IMG/VR virus record: IMGVR_UViG_3300028840_002431
Span: 62,001 to 126,000 of that record
Strand: one strand, 5' to 3'
DNA: 64,000 nucleotides
How positions within the stretch are numbered: the stretch's first letter is position 1; each line of letters begins with the position of its first letter. Positions 7,927 to 17,073 of this stretch are shown here, one piece after another. Under the pieces are notes generated by a model. That model ran no database searches. It was given only the letters and a program-made list of their open reading frames with translations, and had not been told where the DNA came from. The position numbers and the translations under genes are program-made.

Positions 7927-8868
7927 TTAGACGTGCCTGTAAACCACGAGTTGTCCCGTTCGCTCCGCTTCCAGGATAACGGACGGTAGGCTCTCAAGGG
8001 TCAGTAGGTCGTCTCCCTTCTCTCCGGTGTCATGATCTGTTAAACACACCCCAGAATCGATAATCCTAAGAGTTTTCTTGTCGCACGTACATTCGAACCG
8101 CCGCCGCTTGAGCCGGTACTTAACGATCATCTCGTTCTTGCGGTGCCCGGCACGTTGATCCAGAAGCACAGCCCCGCCTACCGCTAAAGCGGCCTTTGCG
8201 GCCTCCTCGAAGTCCAGGAGAGCCATTTCCCGACGGCCAGCGCCGTCTCCCAGCTTCTCGACGATCTCGCGTCTACGGGCCTCCTTTTGACGCTCCTCTT
8301 CTTCCCGCTGGCGCTTTTCGGCAAGCTCCCGCCGACGCTTCTCTGCCTCCTTCCGTTGGAAGATCTCCATCCGGAAAGCGGCATCCAGGGCCGGGGAAAC
8401 ATCCTTGATGTCGGCCACGGAATCCTTGCCGTCCAGGTACGCCGTCAGAACGTCCATCTCCGGACCCAGCGGCATCTCTTGTTGCATGAAAAAGAGCGGG
8501 CCGTCCTCACACATACGCCCGGCAGAGACGTACACGAACCGGTCCAGAAACGGCTCGATCAGGTGGACGCGCTCCGCGTTGGCCACGATATCCGCGATCT
8601 TCGGCTCAACTCGAACGTCACGCGGGACCAGCCTGTCTCCGACCAAATAACCCATGACCTTACCCATGAGCAGATCAGTGTCAGAATCGTCGGCCTGTCG
8701 GAGAACACGCGCCCGCCGACCGTTCAGGGAGAAGACTACCCAACCGTGCTCATCCGGCAAACGGCCGTCGATGGTCCACTGTCGTGAACCCGACCGGAGA
8801 GACCTACCCCCGACCCATGGCGAAACCAGGGTTTCATCCTTAGTCTGTAGTAGGTCTCTCCAAGTCAT
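7927..8868 (-). CDS. coiled-coil protein with putative divergent E2 (UBC-like) C-terminal domain
   Basis: RIIDSGVCL followed by LTLESLPSVI resembles E2 GxICL plus following helix, and sits beside JAB and Ubl. Confidence 0.5.
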   Translation of the reverse strand: MTWRDLLQTKDETLVSPWVGGRSLRSGSRQWTIDGRLPDEHGWVVFSLNGRRARVLRQADDSDTDLLMGKVMGYLVGDRLVPRDVRVEPKIADIVANAERVHLIEPFLDRFVYVSAGRMCEDGPLFFMQQEMPLGPEMDVLTAYLDGKDSVADIKDVSPALDAAFRMEIFQRKEAEKRRRELAEKRQREEEERQKEARRREIVEKLGDGAGRREMALLDFEEAAKAALAVGGAVLLDQRAGHRKNEMIVKYRLKRRRFECTCDKKTLRIIDSGVCLTDHDTGEKGDDLLTLESLPSVILEAERTGQLVVYRHV

Positions 8869-8899
8869 GGTTCAACTATTACACCGGTTAGAGTTAGAA

Positions 8900-10783
8900 T
8901 CAAGCTGCCCAAGCGGGCTTGGTCAGCAACTCAGTGTTGAGGATGAGATCGACCAGCGATACTCTGGGAGCCGCCGCCTTTCTGGACGCCTTGCCCACCG
9001 GAGTAGCCGCGATCAGGTCTCTGATGGTGCGGGGAATCGCGTACGGGTCCGCGAAGATCCCCTCGTCGATCATGAAGCACGGGATACCGAGATTGGCCGC
9101 CGTGTCCTGGACCGCCGTGTAGCCGCGAGTGCCGCCTACCTTGAGGAACCCGAAAGCAACCGGGTTGAGGCCGGAAGACCTCACGGAATCGGAGAAGTCG
9201 TACGCCTCTTCGTCGCCCACGAAGATGAAGATCACGTCTTCATCGTCCTCAGGCTTGAAGGACTGGAGTACCCTGACGCCCGCTCCGTAATCGGTGCCGC
9301 CGCCCGCCCTGAAACCACGGAAAGCTTGCTCGACACCAGCCGACGAGTTCTGCTTGATCTTCACAACACGACCGGAGGTGTTGAACACCGACACGTGAGT
9401 CCGCTCCAGGGGGAACCCCTGTAGGAACTGGGTCAGGTACCGCTTAGCCGTCGGAATGGCCTTGTGCATGGAGGACGAAACGTCCACACAGAAGTAGATT
9501 CTCTGGCTATTGAGCACCTCTGCGACGGCCTTCTTGACAGCGTTGTCGGCCGCCTCCGACAGCTTCTCCTGGGTCTTCTTGGACTTGACACGCTGGGCGA
9601 TGTTGGCCGCCCGCATGTCTTCGGCCTCCTTGACCGCCGTCTCCCACCGAACCCGGATGTCCTGGACATCCAACAGTCCAAGCTCTTCCAGAGTCGGGGT
9701 CGCGATGATCAGGTCCTTGTTGGACAGGGACCCGACCTCGATGGCAGCCGCCATGACAGCCCTGGTCACACCGTCCTTGGGCAGAAGACCCACGACCCGC
9801 TTCCAGTTCGGCCGGTCCTGGGTGATCTTCTCGCAGATCTGCTCTTCGGTCAGACCCTCCCAGGATTCCGCCGCCTTGACCTCCTGGCCGATGGCGATGC
9901 TCCGGTGCCCCTCCTTGGACTGCGCTTGCTTCCAACGAAGGGTCTCGAAGAACTTGCCGGTGTTCGGCTTGTATCCGACCTTACGGGCCAGATCCATCAC
10001 CGTACGCCGGAAGCCCGCGTTGACCAGACCTTCCAGCATCTTGGGGTTCTCTTCCCGGTACCGTAGCCACTTCTCCACGGCCTTGGGCCAACGACCCAGG
10101 AACGGCTTACGAGCGGACTTACCGAAACCGAGATCCCGGTTGATCTTGGCGACGGCCGGTAGGCTCAGAACATCGTGGACCCTCATGAGCAACTTCGGGT
10201 TGAAGCTGACCTTGCCGTCCTTGCCCTTGGTGGTGATCAGGAACATGGCCTCGCCAACGTCACGGTAGTCCTCGTCGAGGAACGCGACCTTGCCCTTGTC
10301 CAGGACCGGATCACCCTTACGGGTTTGAACGAGCATGAAGGCTGCCAGGATGACCTTGAGGTCCCGGTGCTCCTGGCCGTATGCGTAGGAGGCCCACTTG
10401 GCCGCGAACTCGTTATCGAGATTCCAGACTTCCGCGACCTGCTTGTAGACCCACTCAACAACGTCCGGGTACAACCCGGCCGGTTGGTACTTGCCTACAA
10501 CCCGACGACCGTCCCGAACACGCCCGTCATTGCTGAGCTTGCCCAGCTTGACCTTGGTGCTCTTGCGGCCGACCTTACGCAATTCGTAAACGATCTTGTC
10601 GCCGTTCTCCTCTACGTGAGTGACCGGCAACCACTTAGAACCCACGACCGATCCGGTGTCGGTAACTGCGATACCAGCACGGTTGTGGACAGCATGGCCC
10701 GAGTGAGAGAGGACCGTCTGTAGGATTCTCTCAGCCGGTCCGAGATTCTCGTTTTGCATGTTATCCATCCGATCTGCCCGCAC
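8900..10783 (-). CDS. Ro60/TROVE-like protein: long basic helical region plus C-terminal vWA
   Basis: vWA motifs CVDVSSSM, GGGTDY, FIFVGDEE are clear. The TROVE assignment is inferred from architecture and segments KAVEKWL and DLARKVGYKP. Real start may be ATG 10768 or 10759. Confidence 0.65.
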   Translation of the reverse strand: MRADRMDNMQNENLGPAERILQTVLSHSGHAVHNRAGIAVTDTGSVVGSKWLPVTHVEENGDKIVYELRKVGRKSTKVKLGKLSNDGRVRDGRRVVGKYQPAGLYPDVVEWVYKQVAEVWNLDNEFAAKWASYAYGQEHRDLKVILAAFMLVQTRKGDPVLDKGKVAFLDEDYRDVGEAMFLITTKGKDGKVSFNPKLLMRVHDVLSLPAVAKINRDLGFGKSARKPFLGRWPKAVEKWLRYREENPKMLEGLVNAGFRRTVMDLARKVGYKPNTGKFFETLRWKQAQSKEGHRSIAIGQEVKAAESWEGLTEEQICEKITQDRPNWKRVVGLLPKDGVTRAVMAAAIEVGSLSNKDLIIATPTLEELGLLDVQDIRVRWETAVKEAEDMRAANIAQRVKSKKTQEKLSEAADNAVKKAVAEVLNSQRIYFCVDVSSSMHKAIPTAKRYLTQFLQGFPLERTHVSVFNTSGRVVKIKQNSSAGVEQAFRGFRAGGGTDYGAGVRVLQSFKPEDDEDVIFIFVGDEEAYDFSDSVRSSGLNPVAFGFLKVGGTRGYTAVQDTAANLGIPCFMIDEGIFADPYAIPRTIRDLIAATPVGKASRKAAAPRVSLVDLILNTELLTKPAWAA

Positions 10784-10903
10784 ATTTGAGGGCGGGTTTC
10801 CTCTTGGTGTACTATTACACCGCCTCGCGAAATCAGTTTTGCCGTATTCTGACTGTTACACCGGTAAATCTGATTCCTAAAGATTTATTTTAACTCTCTG
10901 GGT

Positions 10904-11209
10904 ATGGACGCTGAAAAAGTCATGACCCGGTACCTGGAGAAGACGGGCCTGGAGTTAGATTCTGACACCCGTGTGGGATTTAAGTACTCGCCAAAAGAGT
11001 CAAAAAAGTCCAAGGTTGAGCGAGTCATGCGGCTCATCAGAGACAAGACAGGTATTGGCCGTAAGGTTGCGGAGGACATTGCCAACGCGATCGTCAGGGG
11101 ACGAGATGTAGTTCGGCTGACCTTCCAGAAGAAATGGCCTATGGTCGAAGGTGTGATAGAAGGTCCCCGTGGAACCTTACCCCTGGAAGAGGCTCAGGCG
11201 ACACTATAA
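10904..11209 (+). CDS. hypothetical protein (VxxRY tag)
   Basis: MDAEKVMTRYL, coupled ORF trio. Confidence 0.7.
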   Translation: MDAEKVMTRYLEKTGLELDSDTRVGFKYSPKESKKSKVERVMRLIRDKTGIGRKVAEDIANAIVRGRDVVRLTFQKKWPMVEGVIEGPRGTLPLEEAQATL

Positions 11210-11520
11210 TGGATCACTTACGCTGGAAGACCGGATACTCTGGGTATGACGAGGAGTTCCTAGATGAACTGGTTGACGACAAAGAGTTAAGAAAGGCGAT
11301 CAGCGACTTTCTCAAAGGGATCACCTCAGAGGGCCAGAAGCTCAACAAGCTCATGGAACGGCGTATAAAACACCTTGCGGACAACATGACCGATTGGGAC
11401 AAAGTCCCCACCAAAGACGTGGTCCGCTACCTCCGACAGTACATGAAGCACGAGTTCGGGGAAGACGACCTTGCGAAAGCCCTGGCAAAGGGCATTATTA
11501 CCGGGGAAGGCTTCTTCTGA
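11209..11520 (+). CDS. hypothetical protein (MDHxRWK tag)
   Basis: TAATG coupling, MDHLRWKTG. Confidence 0.7.
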   Translation: MDHLRWKTGYSGYDEEFLDELVDDKELRKAISDFLKGITSEGQKLNKLMERRIKHLADNMTDWDKVPTKDVVRYLRQYMKHEFGEDDLAKALAKGIITGEGFF

Positions 11521-11825
11521 TGCCCAAGAGCGAACAGGTTGTAGAACGATTCCTAACAGCCGCCCCAAAGAGCGTCAGTATCGAGGACATCAGGGACTTC
11601 ATCAAAAAAGAGAGAACCTGGATGGATCTCGAAGAAGAGGATGACAAGTCCCTGTTGTATACAACGAGAGATCACGGGGACATGGAGAACGACGAGCCGG
11701 GCCGGGAAGACCTGAACCACGCAAAAGCCTTGGGCAGGGCTGTCCTTAGAGAGTTCGGTCGCGCCGTCAAGGTCGAACTCGACTACATAGACGAGTGGAC
11801 CCAACTCACAATCGAACTACGCTAG
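11520..11825 (+). CDS. hypothetical protein (VxxRF tag)
   Basis: TGATG coupling, MPKSEQVVERFLTAA. Confidence 0.7.
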   Translation: MPKSEQVVERFLTAAPKSVSIEDIRDFIKKERTWMDLEEEDDKSLLYTTRDHGDMENDEPGREDLNHAKALGRAVLREFGRAVKVELDYIDEWTQLTIELR

Positions 11826-11836
11826 GTGTTAGAACC

Positions 11837-11912
11837 GGTCGGCCCGGTGGGAGTTGAACCCACGGTCTTTCGATTATCGGTCGAATGCTTTGGCCAACTA
11901 AGCTACGGGCCG
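11837..11912 (-). tRNA. tRNA-Ile(GAT), C33
   Basis: Cloverleaf, loop CCGATAA. Confidence 0.9.
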
Positions 11913-12493
11913 GTAATAAAGTCTAGCCACTCAGACACCTGATCTAACTCGTCGAGGGTTTGCCCTCCCTCATCTAACCAGGATCTATAAACCAAACGTA
12001 ACTGTGAGGCGGCCTCTGCCAGGACATCCGGCTTCGGTCGCGGTATCTTCTTCGGAGGCGGTCCAGGGAGCCGGTCCGTAACGTCCCACTCAATGACCAT
12101 CCGCCCTGTAATCTTACAACTCCGGGTACCCGTCTCGTATATCAGACCACGTGCTCTCAACTCCGATAGCCGGGTACGGGTGTTCCAGTTGATGCCTTGC
12201 TTGCCTTCGGACTTCAGGTCCTCGTCGATCGAGATGAAACACTCCGTGCCTGTCATCGGGCCTTTGTCGTAGAGCTTGGCGTAAATGCGCTGACAGGAGC
12301 GATTAACTGTCCCGTCCTCCATGACCGCCTCGTAGGCCAGGGCGCTCGTGAGCCGCCCATGAGTTGGTTGTTGGACGGGCCGTCGGACAGGTTCCGGAGC
12401 TTTGACGGGCGCTGGTTCGATGGAAGGAGACTCAAGATCCTCTGGCTCCAGGCACCAGGAACAACCCGCCCCGCCACACATCTCGCATTCCAT
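11903..12493 (-). CDS. winged-HTH protein
   Basis: GPMTGTE..RTRLSELRARGLIYETGTR. Confidence 0.65.
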   Translation of the reverse strand: MECEMCGGAGCSWCLEPEDLESPSIEPAPVKAPEPVRRPVQQPTHGRLTSALAYEAVMEDGTVNRSCQRIYAKLYDKGPMTGTECFISIDEDLKSEGKQGINWNTRTRLSELRARGLIYETGTRSCKITGRMVIEWDVTDRLPGPPPKKIPRPKPDVLAEAASQLRLVYRSWLDEGGQTLDELDQVSEWLDFITGP

Positions 12494-12548
12494 AACGATT
12501 TTTACACCATGTCGCCTTGTAATCGTTTGTTAGTTTGGGCTTTGTAAC

Positions 12549-12893
12549 GTGGACCACTCGATCTGGAAGACCGGGGCAATGAACCCCCCAGAGCTTCACC
12601 GCTTTCTGCAAGAAGCCCTGCTTAGCTACTGCCGCCTAGTTGTCAAAGAACTGGCCAAGCTGTCGGGGTGGAAGTTCCACGAGTCAAACTGGAAGGCTGT
12701 TCTCGTCATCGATCCTGACCCCGGCGCGAAGCGGGAGATCATGGTCACGGCGCACCAGGACACCCCACTCAAGTCAAGCCTCTCGGCCTATTTGGAGGCT
12801 CCCGGTGACGCCCAAGACTCGTTTACCCTCAAAGCCGTGTCGCCCCGTAAGGACGCCAAAGTAATCTGGGAATACTTCTCCCAGAACTTCTAG
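12549..12893 (+). CDS. hypothetical protein (MDHxxWK tag)
   Basis: MDHSIWKTG. Confidence 0.7.
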   Translation: MDHSIWKTGAMNPPELHRFLQEALLSYCRLVVKELAKLSGWKFHESNWKAVLVIDPDPGAKREIMVTAHQDTPLKSSLSAYLEAPGDAQDSFTLKAVSPRKDAKVIWEYFSQNF

Positions 12894-12895
12894 CT

Positions 12896-12969
12896 TGGTG
12901 CGCGTAGAGAGATTCGAACTCCCATGACTCGCTGATCGGGCGAGCGCCTTGCCATTAGACGATACGCGC
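12896..12969 (-). tRNA. atypical tRNA (loop CCGATCA, nominal GAT)
   Basis: Acceptor GCGCGTA/TACGCGC-ACCA, normal D and T arms, C33 and C37. Confidence 0.75.
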
Positions 12970-13085
12970 ACTAGGCCCCTGTGAGGCTCATTTGCCGACC
13001 GGAGTCTCCCTGAGAGGGGGAGCTTTTGACCGACCGGTTTTTGCCTCACGGCTTCTCATATCACCACCGGGGCACAGTGGTAGCC

Positions 13086-13172
13086 GGTGTCAGCGAGAGG
13101 AATCGAACCTCCACGGGATTGCTCCCACCAGATCCTTAGTCTGGCGCGTCTGCCTAGTTCCGCCACGCTGAC
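13086..13172 (-). tRNA. tRNA-Leu(AAG)
   Basis: Type II cloverleaf, loop CTAAGGA. Confidence 0.9.
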
Positions 13173-13197
13173 ATTCTTCTGATAAGCTAACAGTTAC

Positions 13198-14394
13198 GTG
13201 GACTCACGCTGGAAAACCTCGTCCGCCCTCCCTACCGAGATAAGGGAGCACCCCTTACTTAAGGCCGCTTCTAACAAGACGGCCACGTGGTGGAGAGGCG
13301 AATCCTTCCCCGACCTTGGTACCCATTTCGACAAGGGGCCAGCCACGTGGGCGGGCCTTGGACTTCTACGAAAGGCCCTCGAAGGAGGGGAACCCGTCCG
13401 GCAAGCCACCTGGGAAGGGAACCTGATTGTCCCCCACAAGGACTTGATCGAAGCCACGAAGAAGATACTGAATGTTCGGCCTCTGTACCTCACGGACTTT
13501 GGCAATAACAACGGTGTCGTACTTCTGGGTTCCGAGGACACCTGGGTCAATATCCGGCAAAGCGAGAGGGGCCAGACAGCGGATGTCCAAATCGTTACAT
13601 CCAGCCTTGAAGACGCCCTCAAGTCCGAAAAGCTCTTCAACGCTTGCATCCAGCCGGACGACCCCCGGAAGGGGTTAGTGTTTGCGCTGACCAAGTGCAT
13701 GACCGGGTACAGCCTTACCCGACTCGGTACTGCGGGCACACCGTTAGAAAGGGGTAACTACACGGACGCGGTCCTTGCTGACTATGACCACGTCGTCGCG
13801 GACCTCAAGACTCCAGGCCCGTGTGGAAGGCTGATTATATTTTCAGGATCTCCCGGCACCGGAAAGACTTTCCTGGTCCGCGCCCTTCTGACAGAGGTTC
13901 CCAACGCCGCCTTCGTCCTCATTCCTCCTCAGATGGTGAGCGACCTTGGTGCTCCGGAACTGTTGCCCGCTCTCCTCAACGCCAAGAACGAGATCAACGG
14001 CCCCATCATTCTCATCCTCGAAGACGGAGACAAGGCTCTCGTCAAGCGTAAGGATGGGGACATGAACACCATCTCGTCCCTTCTGAACCTGGGGGACGGT
14101 ATCCTGGGGTCCATCATGGACATCCGGATTCTCGCCACCACGAACGCCGAGACCCTGGAGATGGACCCGGCCACCCGCCGTAAGGGGAGGCTTTGCCGTC
14201 ACATACAAATCGATGCGTTGCCAGCCGAACAAGGCTCACAGATTGTCCAACGGCTCACCAACAATCCTTACACATTCAAGGGCGATACGGTCCTTGCCGA
14301 CGTGTACAGCGCCGCCCGTGAAAAGGGTTGGAAGCCAGCGGAAGTTGTGCCGCCCCGGCCAGAGGCGCGTCCCGAAATAATCGGTGTGTTATAG
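13198..14394 (+). CDS. AAA+ ATPase
   Basis: Walker A GSPGTGKT, Walker B LILEDGD, LLNLGDG, ATTN, DPA..RKGR. Confidence 0.9.
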   Translation: MDSRWKTSSALPTEIREHPLLKAASNKTATWWRGESFPDLGTHFDKGPATWAGLGLLRKALEGGEPVRQATWEGNLIVPHKDLIEATKKILNVRPLYLTDFGNNNGVVLLGSEDTWVNIRQSERGQTADVQIVTSSLEDALKSEKLFNACIQPDDPRKGLVFALTKCMTGYSLTRLGTAGTPLERGNYTDAVLADYDHVVADLKTPGPCGRLIIFSGSPGTGKTFLVRALLTEVPNAAFVLIPPQMVSDLGAPELLPALLNAKNEINGPIILILEDGDKALVKRKDGDMNTISSLLNLGDGILGSIMDIRILATTNAETLEMDPATRRKGRLCRHIQIDALPAEQGSQIVQRLTNNPYTFKGDTVLADVYSAAREKGWKPAEVVPPRPEARPEIIGVL

Positions 14395-14400
14395 AACGTT

Positions 14401-14451
14401 GTCAGTCTGTTACACGGTGAAGACTGGGTTCGACTCCCAGCGGTCGCCCCA
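14401..14451 (+). pseudogene. tRNA 3'-half relic on the plus strand
   Basis: CTGGG TTCGACT CCCAG CGGTCGC C CCA with no matching 5' half. Confidence 0.55.
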
Positions 14452-14465
14452 TGAGTGACCCCACC

Positions 14466-14887
14466 CTAAATTCCAGTGTATTGCCCCCGCGCATATGTCC
14501 TGATCCTATGACAACAAGCGCACACAACGTCGCACTTTTTCGTTTCCTCTAAAATCTCTTCCATGCTTCTGTTGTAGACCAAGCTGCTTATAGTGCCCGT
14601 TTTTTCGTTTTCCTCTCTGTGATCAAAATCCATTGCGATCGGTGGGAAAGAGTTTCCACAGTCCGCGCACGGTTTGTCTTTTAATTTGTCCACCAACGCT
14701 CTAACCCTATCTCTATGTCTAGCTGCTTTGTCTACATAATACTGCCTATTCTCCTCGTAGTGTTTTTTTAGATACGCCCGGTGGCACTTCTTACACGACT
14801 GATGACGGCCGTCTTTCTTAGCTCGATTTTAGAAAATTGCTCTGTGTCTTTCCGCTCCCCACACACCGTGCATCTCTTGGTCGTCAT
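14466..14887 (-). pseudogene. frameshifted HNH endonuclease
   Basis: MTTKRCTVCG.. frame breaks near 14830, then continues as SCKKCH..CADCG..FDHR..KCDVVCACCHRIRT. Span is 422 nt, one base short of in-frame. Confidence 0.75.
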
Positions 14888-14920
14888 ACTACGAACCATA
14901 ACACAGATCCGTATCAATAG

Positions 14921-14991
14921 CTCGGGCGGATGGAATTGAACCACCGTCTCTAGGGCCAGAACCTAGCGTACTACCATTGTACGACGCCCGA
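14921..14991 (-). tRNA. tRNA-Gln(CTG)
   Basis: Cloverleaf, loop TTCTGGC. Confidence 0.9.
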
Positions 14992-14997
14992 ATATCT

Positions 14998-15071
14998 TGG
15001 CACGGGTGGCTGGAATCGAACCAACGTTAACCGGGTCAAAGCCGGTCGCTCTGCCATTGAGCTACACCCGT
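14998..15071 (-). tRNA. tRNA-Gln(TTG), second copy
   Basis: Cloverleaf, loop CTTTGAC, CCA. Confidence 0.85.
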
Positions 15072-15072
15072 A

Positions 15073-15160
15073 TGGCGGAGAGCAGAGGAGTCGAACCCCA
15101 CACCCGTGAAGGTGCCCATTGGTTAGCAACCAAGTTCCGCGCCACGCGAATTTACTCTCC
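15073..15160 (-). tRNA. tRNA-Ser(GCT), 8/4 fold
   Basis: GGAGAGTA/TGCTCTCC 8-bp acceptor, 4-bp T stem, long variable arm, G73. Confidence 0.9.
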
Positions 15161-15186
15161 AAAAGATTTGATAAGACTACAGAGGC

Positions 15187-15579
15187 ATGGAAAAGATAGC
15201 CTCACCCAAAGAGCTTGCCGCTGAACTCCAACGGATTCTGGCCTACACGGAAACCGCCGAACCCAGCCGTGAGAAAATAGCCGCCGACCTGAAGGCTCTG
15301 GCCAACAGGGTGGCTTTCCCAGCCCGTAGAACCAAAGGCCCTTCGTTCGGCCAAGAGGGGTGGGAACCAAAATATGACAAGAGCCTCCGGAGAAAATACC
15401 AGAGGGCCATGCGAGGAGTTGACGCCTATCTCGAAAAAGCTCGTGAACTAGCCATCGAGATGGGTTTCCCGCCCGACGAAAAAGAGGGGCAGGATATGAA
15501 TCCAGCCGGGGCGCTTTGGGAAGCAATGGGAAAGGCCCACCGTACCTACAAGTGTAACATCTACTGGATGATCGATTAG
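15187..15579 (+). CDS. hypothetical protein
   Basis: 130-aa ORF filling the gap between two tRNAs. Confidence 0.7.
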   Translation: MEKIASPKELAAELQRILAYTETAEPSREKIAADLKALANRVAFPARRTKGPSFGQEGWEPKYDKSLRRKYQRAMRGVDAYLEKARELAIEMGFPPDEKEGQDMNPAGALWEAMGKAHRTYKCNIYWMID

Positions 15580-15664
15580 GCGGAGAGCAGAGGAGTCGAA
15601 CCCCAGGCCCGAAGGCTCGCACAGATTTCAAGTCTGGCCCCACACCGTTGCAGGTTTACTCTCC
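15579..15664 (-). tRNA. tRNA-Ser(TGA), 8/4 fold
   Basis: Loop CTTGAAA, 8-bp acceptor. Confidence 0.9.
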
Positions 15665-16309
15665 ATGTATAGTTACGATCGACGGTTCGCCAAATACATC
15701 GTTGAAACACGTTCACGTAAGCCTGGGATCAACGACGATGGTACCGTCACTGTGCTCCACGGAACCTCAACCATCAACGCCGCCCTGATTCGTGAACAGG
15801 GATTCAAACCCTTTGACGCCATGGACGTGGCGACCGTGGTGGCCGAAGCGTACGGCCTTAAGCCTCGTGATATCTACGACAGTGTTTACTTCGAGTTCCC
15901 TAGAGGGCGTCGGGATGTCAACAAGGTGTTTTTCACATCGTCTCCTGAGACCGCACAAGTACACGGAGTCCCCGAATCAATCCAGGACGCCCTGACCGCT
16001 GTATGGGCCGCGAAACACCCAGAATGGTCGCAGCAAGACGCCGCTACAAGAGACGACGTGAGAAAACGAGAGAAGCACAGGAAAGAGTGGATCAGAAAAG
16101 AAGCACAGAGGTTTGGAAAGCCGGAAACCCTCGCCGTCACGTTGCCGTGGGAAGTAGTGGGAGACAACGCCTTTGGGAAGAAGCTAAGTCTCGAACGGTA
16201 CCTGGAAATCGTTGGCGGCCCGCAAGACTGGGACGACCTCTTACACAACTTCTCACTCCCGATATCGGCGTTGCGGGGCACCACCGTCAAGATAGCCCCT
16301 TACCGTTAG
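15665..16309 (+). CDS. putative ADP-ribosyltransferase-fold protein with MYSYDRR tag
   Basis: VLHGTS..I..QGF and VFFTS motifs. Confidence 0.55.
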   Translation: MYSYDRRFAKYIVETRSRKPGINDDGTVTVLHGTSTINAALIREQGFKPFDAMDVATVVAEAYGLKPRDIYDSVYFEFPRGRRDVNKVFFTSSPETAQVHGVPESIQDALTAVWAAKHPEWSQQDAATRDDVRKREKHRKEWIRKEAQRFGKPETLAVTLPWEVVGDNAFGKKLSLERYLEIVGGPQDWDDLLHNFSLPISALRGTTVKIAPYR

Positions 16310-16393
16310 CGGAAGACAGAGGATTCGAACCCCACACCTTTCGGTGCCCACTGATTTCGAGTCAGGGCCGATACCGATACCGGATTGTCTTCC
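16310..16393 (-). tRNA. tRNA-Ser(CGA), 8/4 fold
   Basis: GGAAGACA/TGTCTTCC, loop CTCGAAA. Confidence 0.9.
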
Positions 16394-16394
16394 C

Positions 16395-16469
16395 TGGTAG
16401 GCACGGGCAGAGTTGAACTGCCAACCCCTACCGTGTCAAGGTAGTGCTCTTCCGTTGAGCTACGTGCCT
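16395..16469 (-). tRNA. tRNA-Val(GAC)
   Basis: Canonical cloverleaf, CCA. Confidence 0.93.
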
Positions 16470-16470
16470 A

Positions 16471-16542
16471 TGGTCGCAACGAGGGGAATTGAACCCCTGC
16501 GAACCGGCGTATGAAACCGTCCTCCCTCCATGGGTCGTTGCG
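16471..16542 (-). tRNA. atypical tRNA(CAT), Met or Ile2
   Basis: CGCAACG/CGTTGCG-ACCA, reduced D arm, loop TTCATAC. Confidence 0.75.
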
Positions 16543-16549
16543 AAGAACC

Positions 16550-16843
16550 CTATGCTTTCCAACGGCCTTGACCGCCAGCGAGCCGTGTGACGGAAGAAGC
16601 ATGTATTTCCGCGATCATTTCCGAGACTTTGTTGGCAACTTTGTCCGGTAAGGAGGGGAACTGATAGTTTCCCTCTGGCTCCTTGCCGAAGGGTACGGAG
16701 ACATTCAACTGATGAGTGAGTACACGCTTCGGAGTTTCTTCGGAAACACTTATGATGTAGTCGTTGGAATCACGTACTCGTTGCGGCGAGCGTGACACTT
16801 TGACTTTGAAGTTGACCCTAACGGAAGCCTTCAAAGAATCCAT
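16550..16843 (-). CDS. hypothetical protein
   Basis: Likely start MDSLK at 16843. Confidence 0.6.
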   Translation of the reverse strand: MDSLKASVRVNFKVKVSRSPQRVRDSNDYIISVSEETPKRVLTHQLNVSVPFGKEPEGNYQFPSLPDKVANKVSEMIAEIHASSVTRLAGGQGRWKA

Positions 16844-16866
16844 ACCAACGGCGGAATAACAAAAAC

Positions 16867-17073
16867 TTAGTAAATGTCCCACCAGATGGTGGGCGGGTGC
16901 CGGTCTTGGATATCGTCGTACCGCCCGTGGGCCATCAATTCTCGAACCTTGGCCCGGTGCTTCTGCCAGTAAGCTTTCCGGTACGGGATAAGAGACGGAG
17001 GTGTCCGCCGCCAGCCTTTGCCTTCTTTTCTAGGGTTATGCTTAGCGAGTTTACGCCTATAATTTCGGTGCAT
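16867..17073 (-). CDS. small basic hypothetical protein
   Basis: GGAGG RBS, 68 aa. Confidence 0.65.
   Translation of the reverse strand: MHRNYRRKLAKHNPRKEGKGWRRTPPSLIPYRKAYWQKHRAKVRELMAHGRYDDIQDRHPPTIWWDIY

Noticed and set aside
8654-10723. Long plus-strand ORFs opposite the vWA gene (also 36658..37461, 56681..57529, 59312..60034)
   Set aside because: Antisense shadows of well-supported genes in GC-rich DNA, with no motifs.
15579-15664. Selenocysteine or opal suppressor tRNA
   Set aside because: Anticodon TGA reads Ser UCA. No TCA, CTA or TTA anticodon was found, and recognisable genes end normally at TAG/TGA/TAA, so there is no sign of recoding.
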